Source: a virus
Taxonomy: Duplodnaviria > Caudoviricetes
IMG/VR virus record: IMGVR_UViG_3300045109_000002
Span: 1-55,239 of that record
Reading direction: 5' to 3' (one strand)
Length of the DNA stretch: 55,239 nucleotides
Below are positions 36,732 to 45,395 of this stretch, in pieces; position 1 is the stretch's first letter; the number at the start of each line of letters is the position of its first letter. Under the pieces are notes generated by a model. That model had not been told where the DNA came from. It worked only from the letters and a program-made list of their open reading frames with translations, and did no database searches. The position numbers and the translations under genes are program-made.

Positions 36732-37099
36732 AAAAACGCATCACCCTGAAGGAACACATGACCGGCAAGGAGTTGGCGAAGTTGCTGCATCGGTCGCACT
36801 TGCGGTGGAACAATGGGGCGGTCATCGAACGCTTGTCAAGCGGGCGCCATAGCTACTGCATGATTGAGCAGATTGCCCGGTTGGCGGGGGTCAGCAACCA
36901 GACTCTAGACAGGCGCATAAGCAACGCACCCTACATCATCCCCGCCACGAACGACAAGTGCAGCACCAAGGCAGAATGCGTCCAAGCGTTCTGTGACCTG
37001 GGCGACATGAAGATTCCCGTTAAGGAATGGGTCGAAGAGATGCTGCAAAAGCAGCGGGAGCGTAATGAAGAAGAAACTGAACAATACCCGAAATCATGA
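36728..37099 (+). CDS. Paralog family A member 1
   Basis: MTGKELAKLL...YCMIEQIARLAGVSNQTL. Confidence 0.75.
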   Translation: MKKRITLKEHMTGKELAKLLHRSHLRWNNGAVIERLSSGRHSYCMIEQIARLAGVSNQTLDRRISNAPYIIPATNDKCSTKAECVQAFCDLGDMKIPVKEWVEEMLQKQRERNEEETEQYPKS

Positions 37100-37446
37100 C
37101 CGGCAAGCAGATAGCTGAGCTGCTCAGCAAGGTGCGCAGGCTCAAGTGGCGCCGGTATAAGCTGGGCAGTGGCCCCCGCAATGGATACTGTGCGCTTGGG
37201 CAGATAGCGAGGCTGGCTGGAGTGTCCAATGAGACCTTGGCTGAGGTGGACTGCGATGGTGGCAGATACGCTAACGCGGGCGGCGCATACGCCGCATGTA
37301 GACCAGTGACCGCTGTTAACGACCAAACCCTCTCCAAAGAGGACATGCTCAAGGGCTTGTGCGCCCTTGGTGAGCGCGAGGTGCCGGTAGGCAAGCTTGT
37401 AGCGAAGCTGCAAGCCCATGACCGTGTGAAAGGGAGGAGTAAGTGA
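37096..37446 (+). CDS. Paralog family A member 2
   Basis: MTGKQIAELL...YCALGQIARLAGVSNETL. Confidence 0.75.
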   Translation: MTGKQIAELLSKVRRLKWRRYKLGSGPRNGYCALGQIARLAGVSNETLAEVDCDGGRYANAGGAYAACRPVTAVNDQTLSKEDMLKGLCALGEREVPVGKLVAKLQAHDRVKGRSK

Positions 37447-37889
37447 GCACCATGGCCAACACACCTAAGCTGAATAACAAACTCATCAACTGCGTGCTCG
37501 AACATATCGAGCGCGAAGTCGAGAAAGGGTCGGGGGCCTACGACCAGAACAGGTGGGCCGAGATTGCCACTGGCTCTCGTCAACAGCCGGTCAAGTGCGG
37601 GACGACAGGATGTTTTGCGGGATGGGCCTGCCTGTTGTCGACCCCCCTCACGAAGTGGCGCGAGACCTTCGCTCCTGATGGGGACATCGAGGAGGTCAAC
37701 GAAACCTATGACTGGTCCAGTGTGGCAGCGAAAAAGCTGGGCCTCACCAGGGATGAAAGTGTTTACCTGTTCCATAGCGCCGAAGGTGGGCCTAGTAGGC
37801 AACTGAACACCATAAAGGACCGCCTCGCCAGCATTTGCAAGGCGCGTAGGTTGAAGGTAGACCTGAGCACTGTGCTGGCTGGTGAGTAG
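37443..37889 (+). CDS. Paralog family B member 1 (CGTxxCxAGWA)
   Basis: LNNKLINCVLEHIE...YDQN.W...CGTTGCFAGWA...LGLT..E..YLF. Confidence 0.8.
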   Translation: MSTMANTPKLNNKLINCVLEHIEREVEKGSGAYDQNRWAEIATGSRQQPVKCGTTGCFAGWACLLSTPLTKWRETFAPDGDIEEVNETYDWSSVAAKKLGLTRDESVYLFHSAEGGPSRQLNTIKDRLASICKARRLKVDLSTVLAGE

Positions 37890-37912
37890 GCTATACGCAA
37901 AGGAGAACATCA

Positions 37913-38359
37913 ATGGCCGAGTTGAACGAAAAGCTGCTCAGCTGTGTGTTGGAGCATATTGAGCGCGAGGTGCAGGAGGGCAGTGGCAAGTACAACCAGA
38001 ATAACTGGGGGAGGATCGACTGGACCCTGGTCGACAAGGCCCTCGCGGAAGGAGAAGACACAAGCATCGACCAGACCAAGTGCGGTACTGCTGCTTGTGT
38101 TGCGGGATGGGCTTGCATGCTGTCCACGCCGCTTGGGGAGTGGCGAAGGTTGATGTCGCACAATTACTTTGACTGGCCCACCGAAGGGCAGAAACGCCTA
38201 GGGTTGACAGCTCTCGAAGCTGACTACCTATTTACTGCTACTGACAGCGGTAGAGGGCATGAACAACTGGAGATCGTCAAGGGGCGCATAAGGGTCATTC
38301 GCGAGTGCCGCGAGAAGGGCGTTTTACTGTACGCACATAAGGACTTCTTTAAATACTGA
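37913..38359 (+). CDS. Paralog family B member 2
   Basis: MAELNEKLLSCVLEHIE...CGTAACVAGWA. Confidence 0.8.
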   Translation: MAELNEKLLSCVLEHIEREVQEGSGKYNQNNWGRIDWTLVDKALAEGEDTSIDQTKCGTAACVAGWACMLSTPLGEWRRLMSHNYFDWPTEGQKRLGLTALEADYLFTATDSGRGHEQLEIVKGRIRVIRECREKGVLLYAHKDFFKY

Positions 38360-38379
38360 GCCTGAAAGGAATGGACATC

Positions 38380-38538
38380 ATGGCCGAACTGAACGATAAA
38401 TGGGTCAATGAGGAGGTGCGGCGAATCGCCAAGCGCATCCTTGTCGAGATGCCTGGGCATTACCCTGCAATAGACCATGTTGCCCTGAAACAGGAGTTGC
38501 TCAAGTTCTCTGAGGAGGTTAAGAAATGGCCGAGCTGA
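38380..38538 (+). CDS. 52-aa ORF sharing only the MAELN.K leader with family B (not in the ORF track)
   Basis: MAELNDKWVNEEVRRIAKRIL...; AAGGA RBS. Confidence 0.55.
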   Translation: MAELNDKWVNEEVRRIAKRILVEMPGHYPAIDHVALKQELLKFSEEVKKWPS

Positions 38539-38924
38539 ACGAGAAGTTAATCGCTTGCGTGCTGGAGCATATTGAGCAGCACCCTGAGGAGTACGACCAG
38601 AACCTGTGGGCCCATGTCGAGGACCAAGAACAAGATGGCAACTACTGCGGCACTACCGCTTGCGTGGCGGGGTGGGCCTGCTTGCTGAGCACTCCGGTTG
38701 AGAAGTGGGGAGGGCCACACAATTATGGTTACTACTACTACTGCGAAGGCGCGAGGTTGCTGGGTCTTGATGTGACTGAGGCGTCCATGCTGTTCGGTGC
38801 GGCCGAAGGTGATTCGCCTGAGGCGAATGTGGTCATCATCAAGGGCAGGCTGGATTATATTCGCAAGCGGCGCGCGGAGTTGGCCCGTAAAGGTGGACAG
38901 GCGGGTGAGAAGGCGAAGGTTTGA
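38526..38924 (+). CDS. Paralog family B member 3
   Basis: MAELNEKLIACVLEHIE...CGTTACVAGWA. Confidence 0.8.
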   Translation: MAELNEKLIACVLEHIEQHPEEYDQNLWAHVEDQEQDGNYCGTTACVAGWACLLSTPVEKWGGPHNYGYYYYCEGARLLGLDVTEASMLFGAAEGDSPEANVVIIKGRLDYIRKRRAELARKGGQAGEKAKV

Positions 38925-38957
38925 GGCAGCAAAGGTCAACAAGAGAGGGTGGCGCAC

Positions 38958-39410
38958 ATGCCAGAACTAAACGAGAAACTGATAGCCTGTGTGTTGGAGC
39001 ACATTGAGAATCATCCCGAGGAATATGAGCAGAACGACTGGCTCAGCGTGCTCGACCTCCGAGAGGATGGTGAGTACTGCGGCACCAGAGGGTGTTTTGC
39101 AGGGTGGGCGGTGGCCCTGAGCACGCCTGTTGAGAAGTGAGGGGAGCTGCCGCCGACAATGGCTGTGAGCCAGAGCAACCGAGGCATCAGTTATTATCAC
39201 GAAAGGGCCGAGAAGTTGCTTGGTCTGACCCGTGTGGAGTCTCACGACCTGTTTGAAGGGGCTAACGGCGGCGACCCGGTGGGCAACCTCGCCATCATCA
39301 AAGAGAGGTTGCGGAGCATCCGTAGGGGCAGGGGGCTGGCGCCGGATGGGCCTGTGGTGGCCAGGGGCAAGAGCGAGAAAGGTAGGCCAGATGACGAGCA
39401 CACTAGCTGA
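38958..39410 (+). pseudogene. Paralog family B member 4 with in-frame TGA
   Basis: STPVEK-TGA(39138-39140) where the paralogs have Trp; the same frame continues through the conserved LLGLT..E..LF...IIKERL. Confidence 0.8.
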
Positions 39411-39496
39411 ATGGCGCACCAAGCCTTCTTATTTACCGCCGGGATGGCTCTCCCATCTGGTATGGCACCAGCGATGCCGCTTACCACAAGGCGCTC

Positions 39497-39832
39497 ATGG
39501 AGTGGGCCGAGTCGATGCAGGGGGACCGGCGCGTGGCCCAGACGTTCCTGCCCAACGGCATCTGCGTCTCGACAGTGTGGCTGGGGTTGGACCACTCCTT
39601 TGGGGACGATGGCCCGCCGCTCATCTTCGAGAGCATGGCCTTTGCTGCGTCGGTGAATGTGCACAAGGCTCGGGAGGGCAGCATCTTCACGGCAGACTTC
39701 GAGTACCACGAGGAGCTGGATTGCGAGAGGTATGAGACCGAAGCCCAGGCGGCGGTGGGCCATGTGATGATGTGCCTGAGGTGGTGTCCTGATACGACGA
39801 AACTCTTACCGGAGGTGGCGCATGACCAATGA
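39497..39832 (+). CDS. Conserved small phage protein
   Basis: VSTVWLGLDHSFG...PPLIFESM...RYETE..A..GH; true 5' end unclear. Confidence 0.7.
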   Translation: MEWAESMQGDRRVAQTFLPNGICVSTVWLGLDHSFGDDGPPLIFESMAFAASVNVHKAREGSIFTADFEYHEELDCERYETEAQAAVGHVMMCLRWCPDTTKLLPEVAHDQ

Positions 39833-40082
39833 GGAGCGTAACAGCGTCATCGAGGAGTGTTACGAGGCGGCCAGAGGTACCCACTTGCTCGACAAAGTAC
39901 ATACGTACCAGCAGTACTGGCGTGGCAGGGCGCAAGCAGCAGAAGATGTGCGCAAGCTGAAACATGATGCTTGCCAGGTCTGCCACGGCACCAAGGGCGG
40001 TGAGCCGGGCAACGAAAACATCGTCGATGGCATGGTGATGTGCGACTATTGCCACGCAGAAAAAGTGCGTCGTGGCCTCTAA
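39822..40082 (+). CDS. Zn-ribbon hypothetical protein
   Basis: CQVC...GNEN...CDYC. Confidence 0.65.
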   Translation: MTNEERNSVIEECYEAARGTHLLDKVHTYQQYWRGRAQAAEDVRKLKHDACQVCHGTKGGEPGNENIVDGMVMCDYCHAEKVRRGL

Positions 40083-40257
40083 AAGAAGATTGCGCCGCAA
40101 AGCCTGTAGTGGTAAAGTCGCGCACGCCACCAAGGCAGCAGCAATAGCAGCATCTCGGGTTCTGTACCGAAAGAGCGGTGGCTACGTCCAGGCGTATCAT
40201 TGCAAATATTGTTCGATGTGGCACTGTGGACACTGGCGAGCAGGTACGAAATGGTAA
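40072..40257 (+). CDS. Small Zn-finger phage protein
   Basis: CSGK...AYHCKYCSMWH. Confidence 0.7.
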   Translation: MASKRRLRRKACSGKVAHATKAAAIAASRVLYRKSGGYVQAYHCKYCSMWHCGHWRAGTKW

Positions 40258-40286
40258 ACAGACGGGATGCGCGAGGAGGTAAGGAC

Positions 40287-40649
40287 ATGAAAGGCAAGCG
40301 CGAACAAGGGCTGCTCATCTGCATGCCCATCGGGAGGTGCCCGGATGGGGAGCACCTTGAAAGGGAATGCTTTGTGTGCCACGGGAAGGTAGGGGTCAAC
40401 CCTGGGACCTTCAAGAGCAAGGGTGTGCCGAGCGATCTGGTGCCTGTCTGCGGAGCCTGTGCCATCGACCTCATCGACAGCGACAGCGAGAAGCATGAGT
40501 TCAGGTTGACCGAGACGCAGCAGGAGTTGGGTAAGGTGCTCAAGGCCCTCAAGGGCGAGAACTGGCCCGAGGCGGCAGTCGAGCATGTGCGCCAGCATCG
40601 GGCGCTCTATGATGCCAGGCCGACGGCGCCGCCGGGGAAGGTGGTTTGA
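40287..40649 (+). CDS. Zn-binding hypothetical protein
   Basis: GGAGG RBS; CFVC and CGAC motifs. Confidence 0.6.
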   Translation: MKGKREQGLLICMPIGRCPDGEHLERECFVCHGKVGVNPGTFKSKGVPSDLVPVCGACAIDLIDSDSEKHEFRLTETQQELGKVLKALKGENWPEAAVEHVRQHRALYDARPTAPPGKVV

Positions 40650-40741
40650 CGTGGTTTGTTGGGCAGCAGGAACAGTTTAGCGAGGGGGGACGCGTACAGT
40701 GGCACAGTAACCATGGTGCAGACAAGCAAAGGTGAACAGAC

Positions 40742-41014
40742 ATGACCGACCATAACAAGCTGCGGGACTTTCTTGGCAAGCGCGAAGGGTTGTATCAGGG
40801 CGAGGTGAGCATCAAGGCGAGCGACCTGAACGAGGCTATTGCGGCTGCCGAGAGGTTGCTGGGGGTGCACATCTATCCTGGAGTGCAGGTACAGGGCGAC
40901 CAGAAGCAATGCCTGGCCTTCGCTGAAGATGTGGTCAAGGTGGTGCAGATGTTGCAGAAGCTCTTGGGGGCTATCGTGAACGGCAAGCCGGTGGATATGG
41001 GGGAGGTGAACTGA
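40742..41014 (+). CDS. Hypothetical protein
   Basis: AAGGTG RBS. Confidence 0.6.
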   Translation: MTDHNKLRDFLGKREGLYQGEVSIKASDLNEAIAAAERLLGVHIYPGVQVQGDQKQCLAFAEDVVKVVQMLQKLLGAIVNGKPVDMGEVN

Positions 41015-41135
41015 TGACGGTGAGGGTCGTCAATGCGTTCGTGAGTGCTGTCAACGGTATGGTGCGAGGAGCGGATACCGCGACGAGCACCTCTTGGTTT
41101 GTGGCGGGCAGGTGCAGCAGGTGTGGCAGGTGCGC

Positions 41136-42446
41136 ATGACTCTCCTCAAGACTGACCGGTCGCGCATCGAGAGGTATGAGAAGTGCGCGCGTCTCAGGTA
41201 TTGGTCTACCGAGTTTGACGGTACTGGGCTTGAACCATCTGACGAGCGGGGTCTCAAGCTGGATGCGCGCATCGGCACAGGGGTGCATGATGGCATCGAG
41301 TTTGCCCTGCGGGGTGAGGTCTTGCTTGCCAACGCGCGGTCTGAAGCGAACCTTGCAGCAACCTTTGGCGCCAACAAGTACCTGAAGGGCATAGCTGACG
41401 ATGGCATCAAGCTGGCTGACCTGCCTGAACAGCAACGCAACGAGGTCTATGAAGGGGCCAACATTGTCACTGCCCTGGTGTATGCATGGGTCAGGGTGCG
41501 CTTGCCTGCCTTGCTCGCCGAGGGCGGCATCCTGGCGGTCGAGCGCGAGATGGATGTGGACTTCACTGTGGGCGATGATGTTGTGAGGTTGATGACCCGG
41601 CCAGACATTGTGTGGCGCCGCAAAAGCGACGCGTCAGTGTTCATCAGGAACCTCAAAACGGTCAGGGAACCGCGCACCGTCTGGCGCGAACAGTGGGCCT
41701 TGGATATGCAGACCTTGACTGAGCCGTTAGCGGTGGACAAGTGGCTTGCCGACGCCACAGCAGCGTCGGAAGGCACACCAGAACGGCTGAAGTTTCCTAT
41801 CAACTATGACGACACGCCTGCGACATGTGCAGGCGTAATCATTGACGGCCTGGTGACCGGGTCAGTCCTCGACTACCCTCGCGGGTCAGGCAAGTTCTAT
41901 CACAACACCCCTTTGCTGTACGCTTGGGTCAAGAAAGGCGATGCGCCCTTTGGTGAGGATGAATTTTATCCTCGCTATGAGTGGACCTGTCAGGCGCCAC
42001 ACAAAATGGCCCGTGGCCGCTGTGAAGGCGGCCGTACCCATTCGCTCAAAGGCGCCCGCAAACAAGCCGTCGCCGACACCTACCCTGGCGGCATTCTCGC
42101 TTGGATTGACCACCTCCTCGAAGAGGACGAGAGCGTCGTCCAGGACCAGATCATCGAGTTGCCTCCCATCATGAGAGCGCCATATGCGATTGAGCGCTGG
42201 AAACGGCAGGTGCTGAACCGAGAGGTGGACATCGCCGCCGCCGCAAGGGTGTGCAACGAGGCAGCACCGGCAAACGACATCCTGCTGGACCGGCACTTTC
42301 CTATGTCCACCGCCTCGGGCAACTGTTTACGGCCTGGTAAATGTTCGATGTTCGACCTATGCTACGGAAGTGCTGCTGCTGACCCTTATGCGGCGAACTA
42401 CCGTACAAGGCGTCCACACCATCCACAGGAGGAGGAATCACAATGA
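41136..42446 (+). CDS. Cas4/RecB-like PD-(D/E)XK exonuclease
   Basis: SRIERYEKCARLRYW, GTGVH, VERE, RPDIV...NLKT, C-terminal C..C..C putative Fe-S ligands. Confidence 0.8.
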   Translation: MTLLKTDRSRIERYEKCARLRYWSTEFDGTGLEPSDERGLKLDARIGTGVHDGIEFALRGEVLLANARSEANLAATFGANKYLKGIADDGIKLADLPEQQRNEVYEGANIVTALVYAWVRVRLPALLAEGGILAVEREMDVDFTVGDDVVRLMTRPDIVWRRKSDASVFIRNLKTVREPRTVWREQWALDMQTLTEPLAVDKWLADATAASEGTPERLKFPINYDDTPATCAGVIIDGLVTGSVLDYPRGSGKFYHNTPLLYAWVKKGDAPFGEDEFYPRYEWTCQAPHKMARGRCEGGRTHSLKGARKQAVADTYPGGILAWIDHLLEEDESVVQDQIIELPPIMRAPYAIERWKRQVLNREVDIAAAARVCNEAAPANDILLDRHFPMSTASGNCLRPGKCSMFDLCYGSAAADPYAANYRTRRPHHPQEEESQ

Positions 42447-42940
42447 GCAAGCATGCAAAAATCACCGACGACATACGCACCCAAGTCATGCGATTGCGCG
42501 GCCAAGGGACCACCCACCAGGCCATCGCCGACCAGTTGGGTATCTCAAGGGGTGTTGTCGACGGCGTTCTGCGCCGCAAAGGCCAGCCGACGCCCACCTC
42601 CGTCGCCCGCCGCCAGCGCCTTCAGCGTATCCAGGAATTGCGCTCCAGAGGGCTGTCTTATGACGCGATAGGTGCAAAACTGGGCATCGTGGGGGCCACC
42701 GTTGGCTACTACCTCACCAAGACAGCTAAGAACCCTAAGTATCGCAGCGTCGCCGTCAACGGAGGGTCTGCCCGCCAGACTCGCACGCGCAGGCACATCG
42801 CCCCCATTGTGTTGGGGGCCGAGACGACGGTTGCTCAGGTAGACGAGAACCGCATGCGCTCCATCCTCGATTTCGTATGGCTCAACTTGCCTTATGACGA
42901 CAAGCTGAAGGCCATCGAAGCGGTCAGCAACAAGGGGTAA
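42443..42940 (+). CDS. Protein with two HTH domains
   Basis: LRGQGTTHQAIADQLGISRGVV and LRSRGLSYDAIGAKLGIVGATV. Confidence 0.8.
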   Translation: MSKHAKITDDIRTQVMRLRGQGTTHQAIADQLGISRGVVDGVLRRKGQPTPTSVARRQRLQRIQELRSRGLSYDAIGAKLGIVGATVGYYLTKTAKNPKYRSVAVNGGSARQTRTRRHIAPIVLGAETTVAQVDENRMRSILDFVWLNLPYDDKLKAIEAVSNKG

Positions 42941-43009
42941 CAAACGAGTCCCGGCCTGCGCACTTGAAATCGCGCACTCGCAGGTACTCGCACACAAAAA
43001 GGAGAACCA

Positions 43010-43477
43010 ATGATAGATGCTTTGCAGATTGTCCAGAAGTACTTCCCGAGCGTCACCGAGGTCCACGATGCCGACGACGACCTGCTCCTGGAGGTCAACG
43101 CCCAGGACTCCACCGAAGGCAAGTTGAAAGACCACTCACACTGTGCCTTCGCCCGTGCGTGCCAAAAGAAGTTCAAGGCTCGCGGGGTCATCGTGTCGAT
43201 CAACACCGTCTATGTCATCCAAAAGGAAGGTGCCACCCGCTACAAGCTCCCTGAGAGTGTGTCGCGCGAAATCATCTCTTTTGACCGCAAGGGTGGATTC
43301 GCGGAAGGTGAGTACATGCTCAAGGCGCCTCCCAAGTCGAATAGGCTTGGAGCACGGCATGAACGCCCCGACAACCGCACAGGCTCTCACGCAGGCAAGC
43401 GCAAGGGCAAGACGCGCTTCATGCACCTCACCACCGGCATCCGGGCCATGCTCAAGGGCGGAGAGAGGTTGGCCTGA
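43010..43477 (+). CDS. Hypothetical phage protein
   Basis: AAGGAG RBS; CAFARAC...RYKLP...FDR. Confidence 0.7.
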   Translation: MIDALQIVQKYFPSVTEVHDADDDLLLEVNAQDSTEGKLKDHSHCAFARACQKKFKARGVIVSINTVYVIQKEGATRYKLPESVSREIISFDRKGGFAEGEYMLKAPPKSNRLGARHERPDNRTGSHAGKRKGKTRFMHLTTGIRAMLKGGERLA

Positions 43478-43508
43478 GGTTGGTGAGCCTGCACTAAGGA
43501 GAGCACAA

Positions 43509-43823
43509 GTGACCATCCCCGACAAAGAGAAAGAACGCATCCATGAACTCCTCGGCGAATACCACCGCCTCGCCCATGCCATGCAGTCCGGCGTGAAGTG
43601 GGAACAGGAGCACGGGGTGGACGACGGCTCGCCTAAGCACATGCGTGTAGGAATCAACAACGCCATGCGCGACCATGGTTCGCTGGCGGCCCTGTTGATT
43701 CGTAAGGGCATCATCAGCGACCTTGAATACGCCGAAGCCATCGTTGTGGGCATGCGCGAGGAGGTGGCCATGTACGAAAGACGTATCAGCGAGAAGACCG
43801 GCCGGGAGGTGCATTTGGTATGA
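43509..43823 (+). CDS. Hypothetical phage protein
   Basis: AAGGAG RBS and GTG start; HAMQSGV...PKHMRVGIN. Confidence 0.65.
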   Translation: MTIPDKEKERIHELLGEYHRLAHAMQSGVKWEQEHGVDDGSPKHMRVGINNAMRDHGSLAALLIRKGIISDLEYAEAIVVGMREEVAMYERRISEKTGREVHLV

Positions 43824-44113
43824 CCATCACCCACGAACATGCTCTCCCCGAGAGCCACTGCCCCTGGTGCGGTTACACGATCGACGCCGTAACCTGCCTC
43901 GACGAACGAGGCAACGAGCACGACAAAATGCCCCAGCCGGGGAACTTGACCGTGTGTGTGAAATGCGCGCACATTTGTGCCTTCGCGGACGACCTGACCT
44001 TGCGTACCCCCACCGACACAGAGCTGGAGAGTATGCCCACCGCCCTCATGCGCCTGCTCTCCAAGGTGCAGGCGGCGGTGCGCTTGGCGAGAGCCAAGGA
44101 GGCACCTCAATGA
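43820..44113 (+). CDS. Zn-ribbon hypothetical protein
   Basis: CPWC...PQPGN..VCVKC. Confidence 0.65.
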   Translation: MTITHEHALPESHCPWCGYTIDAVTCLDERGNEHDKMPQPGNLTVCVKCAHICAFADDLTLRTPTDTELESMPTALMRLLSKVQAAVRLARAKEAPQ

Positions 44114-44682
44114 GCGAGTGCCGCTGCCTGTTGGTCGCACCTGAACGCCTGCCCGACGAGATGCTGTGGTCCATGGTGACCAATGGCAGGAAGGATGTAT
44201 GTGAAGGGGCCTTCGACGAAATCCTCAAACGCTACCTCAAATTGGTGCGCCATATCGTGTGGCGCATCCTGCGCAACGTGGTCAACAACCACAGCGACCT
44301 GGACGACGCTGTCCAGAACGTGTTCCTTGAGGTCTTCAGGGCGCGACACAAGTTCGATGCTTCGCGTGGCTCCTTCAAGGTCTGGCTAGTCGGGTATGCC
44401 TACACGCGGACCTTTAACTACCTGAGAGCGCTGGTACGCACCGAGATTCACAGCGCCCACCCCGTGGATGGCGCCTACGAGAGCCACCTCGACAAGCGCA
44501 TCTGGGCCAGGGAATTGTTCGCCATGCTCAACACTCGCCAGAAACAAGCGGTGAAGCTGGTCGCCCTGGCGGGCTTCACCCTGGAAGAAGCCGCGCGGGC
44601 CATGGGCCACACCCTAGCTGCCACCAGGCACTATTGCTACAAAGGACTCGCTAAGTTGCGGGCTACGGAGGCTGTCAAGTGA
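44110..44682 (+). CDS. ECF-type sigma70 factor
   Basis: Region 2 DDAVQNVFL..FR...FDASRGSFKVWL; region 4 GFTLEEAARAMG...TRHYCYKGLAKLR. Confidence 0.88.
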   Translation: MSECRCLLVAPERLPDEMLWSMVTNGRKDVCEGAFDEILKRYLKLVRHIVWRILRNVVNNHSDLDDAVQNVFLEVFRARHKFDASRGSFKVWLVGYAYTRTFNYLRALVRTEIHSAHPVDGAYESHLDKRIWARELFAMLNTRQKQAVKLVALAGFTLEEAARAMGHTLAATRHYCYKGLAKLRATEAVK

Positions 44683-45053
44683 ATCAAGGTCACCTTGAAG
44701 GTCAACAAGCAGGTCAACCTCAGGACATAGCACTAGAACGCATCACCTCGCAGGTACGCATGGAACTGTCGCACATCCTCGACCCGCGCCACGACCGCGA
44801 CCCTGACACCGTGCTGGCCGAGGTCCGCCAAATCTGCAACGTCATGGTCATGGCGGTGAATGCCATGGTCCAGGTGCAGCTTGAAATTGCAGATAATTCT
44901 CTTGACACGAATGCTGCTGCTATGGGATATTCGCGCCCTGCCGCTCAGGAGGACTCGCAAGATGCAGCCCATCAGGACACGCAGGATTCAGGACCTTCAA
45001 CGCCCGCATCCCCAAAGGACCGCAAGCGAACCCGTTCACAGATACCATTGTAA
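44679..45053 (+). CDS. Hypothetical protein
   Basis: GTGA overlap and GGAGG RBS. Confidence 0.5.
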   Translation: MNQGHLEGQQAGQPQDIALERITSQVRMELSHILDPRHDRDPDTVLAEVRQICNVMVMAVNAMVQVQLEIADNSLDTNAAAMGYSRPAAQEDSQDAAHQDTQDSGPSTPASPKDRKRTRSQIPL

Positions 45054-45206
45054 AGACTGCGGCGCTGAGGCCGTAAGCTACCACATGGAACTGCGGGTGT
45101 CACGTTACCTGGGGAGCGACGATGTGATGCCGACCGAGGTGCATGGCACTGGGCTAGGGACGTGGCGATGCCCTCGTGAGGGTAGAGTGGTGAAGGTGGT
45201 GCGCTC

Positions 45207-45392
45207 ATGAAGTTGCTGGGGACCGGTGAGACGGCACGGTTACTAGGTATCAGTGTCGATGCCGTCCAGCGCTTGTGCATCGCAGGCAAGTTAAAAGCCA
45301 AACGCATCAAGTTCGGCTCCAGCTACCGATGGCGCGTATCGAAACGCGACATTGCCGCGCGCATCAAATGGAAGGCTCGTAGGGCTGCCTAA
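45207..45392 (+). CDS. Excisionase-like (HTH_17) DNA-binding protein
   Basis: LLGTGETARLLGISVDAVQRLCIAGKLKAKR...WRVS. Confidence 0.8.
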   Translation: MKLLGTGETARLLGISVDAVQRLCIAGKLKAKRIKFGSSYRWRVSKRDIAARIKWKARRAA

Positions 45393-45395
45393 GAC

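Noticed and set aside
39138-39140. Genome-wide TGA recoding
   Set aside because: Many genes end in TGA with ATGA/GTGA overlaps; only one in-frame case was seen.
36728-39410. Diversity-generating retroelement behind the paralog array
   Set aside because: No reverse transcriptase and no near-identical template/variable repeat pair with adenine-specific differences.
41136-42446. Cas4-like gene as part of a CRISPR system
   Set aside because: No repeat-spacer array or other cas genes are visible; the Sak4/SSB context indicates a recombination exonuclease.
45207-45392. Evidence of a temperate lifestyle from the excisionase-like gene
   Set aside because: No integrase or CI-like repressor is visible, and this HTH family is common as a general regulator; part of the genome may lie outside the window.
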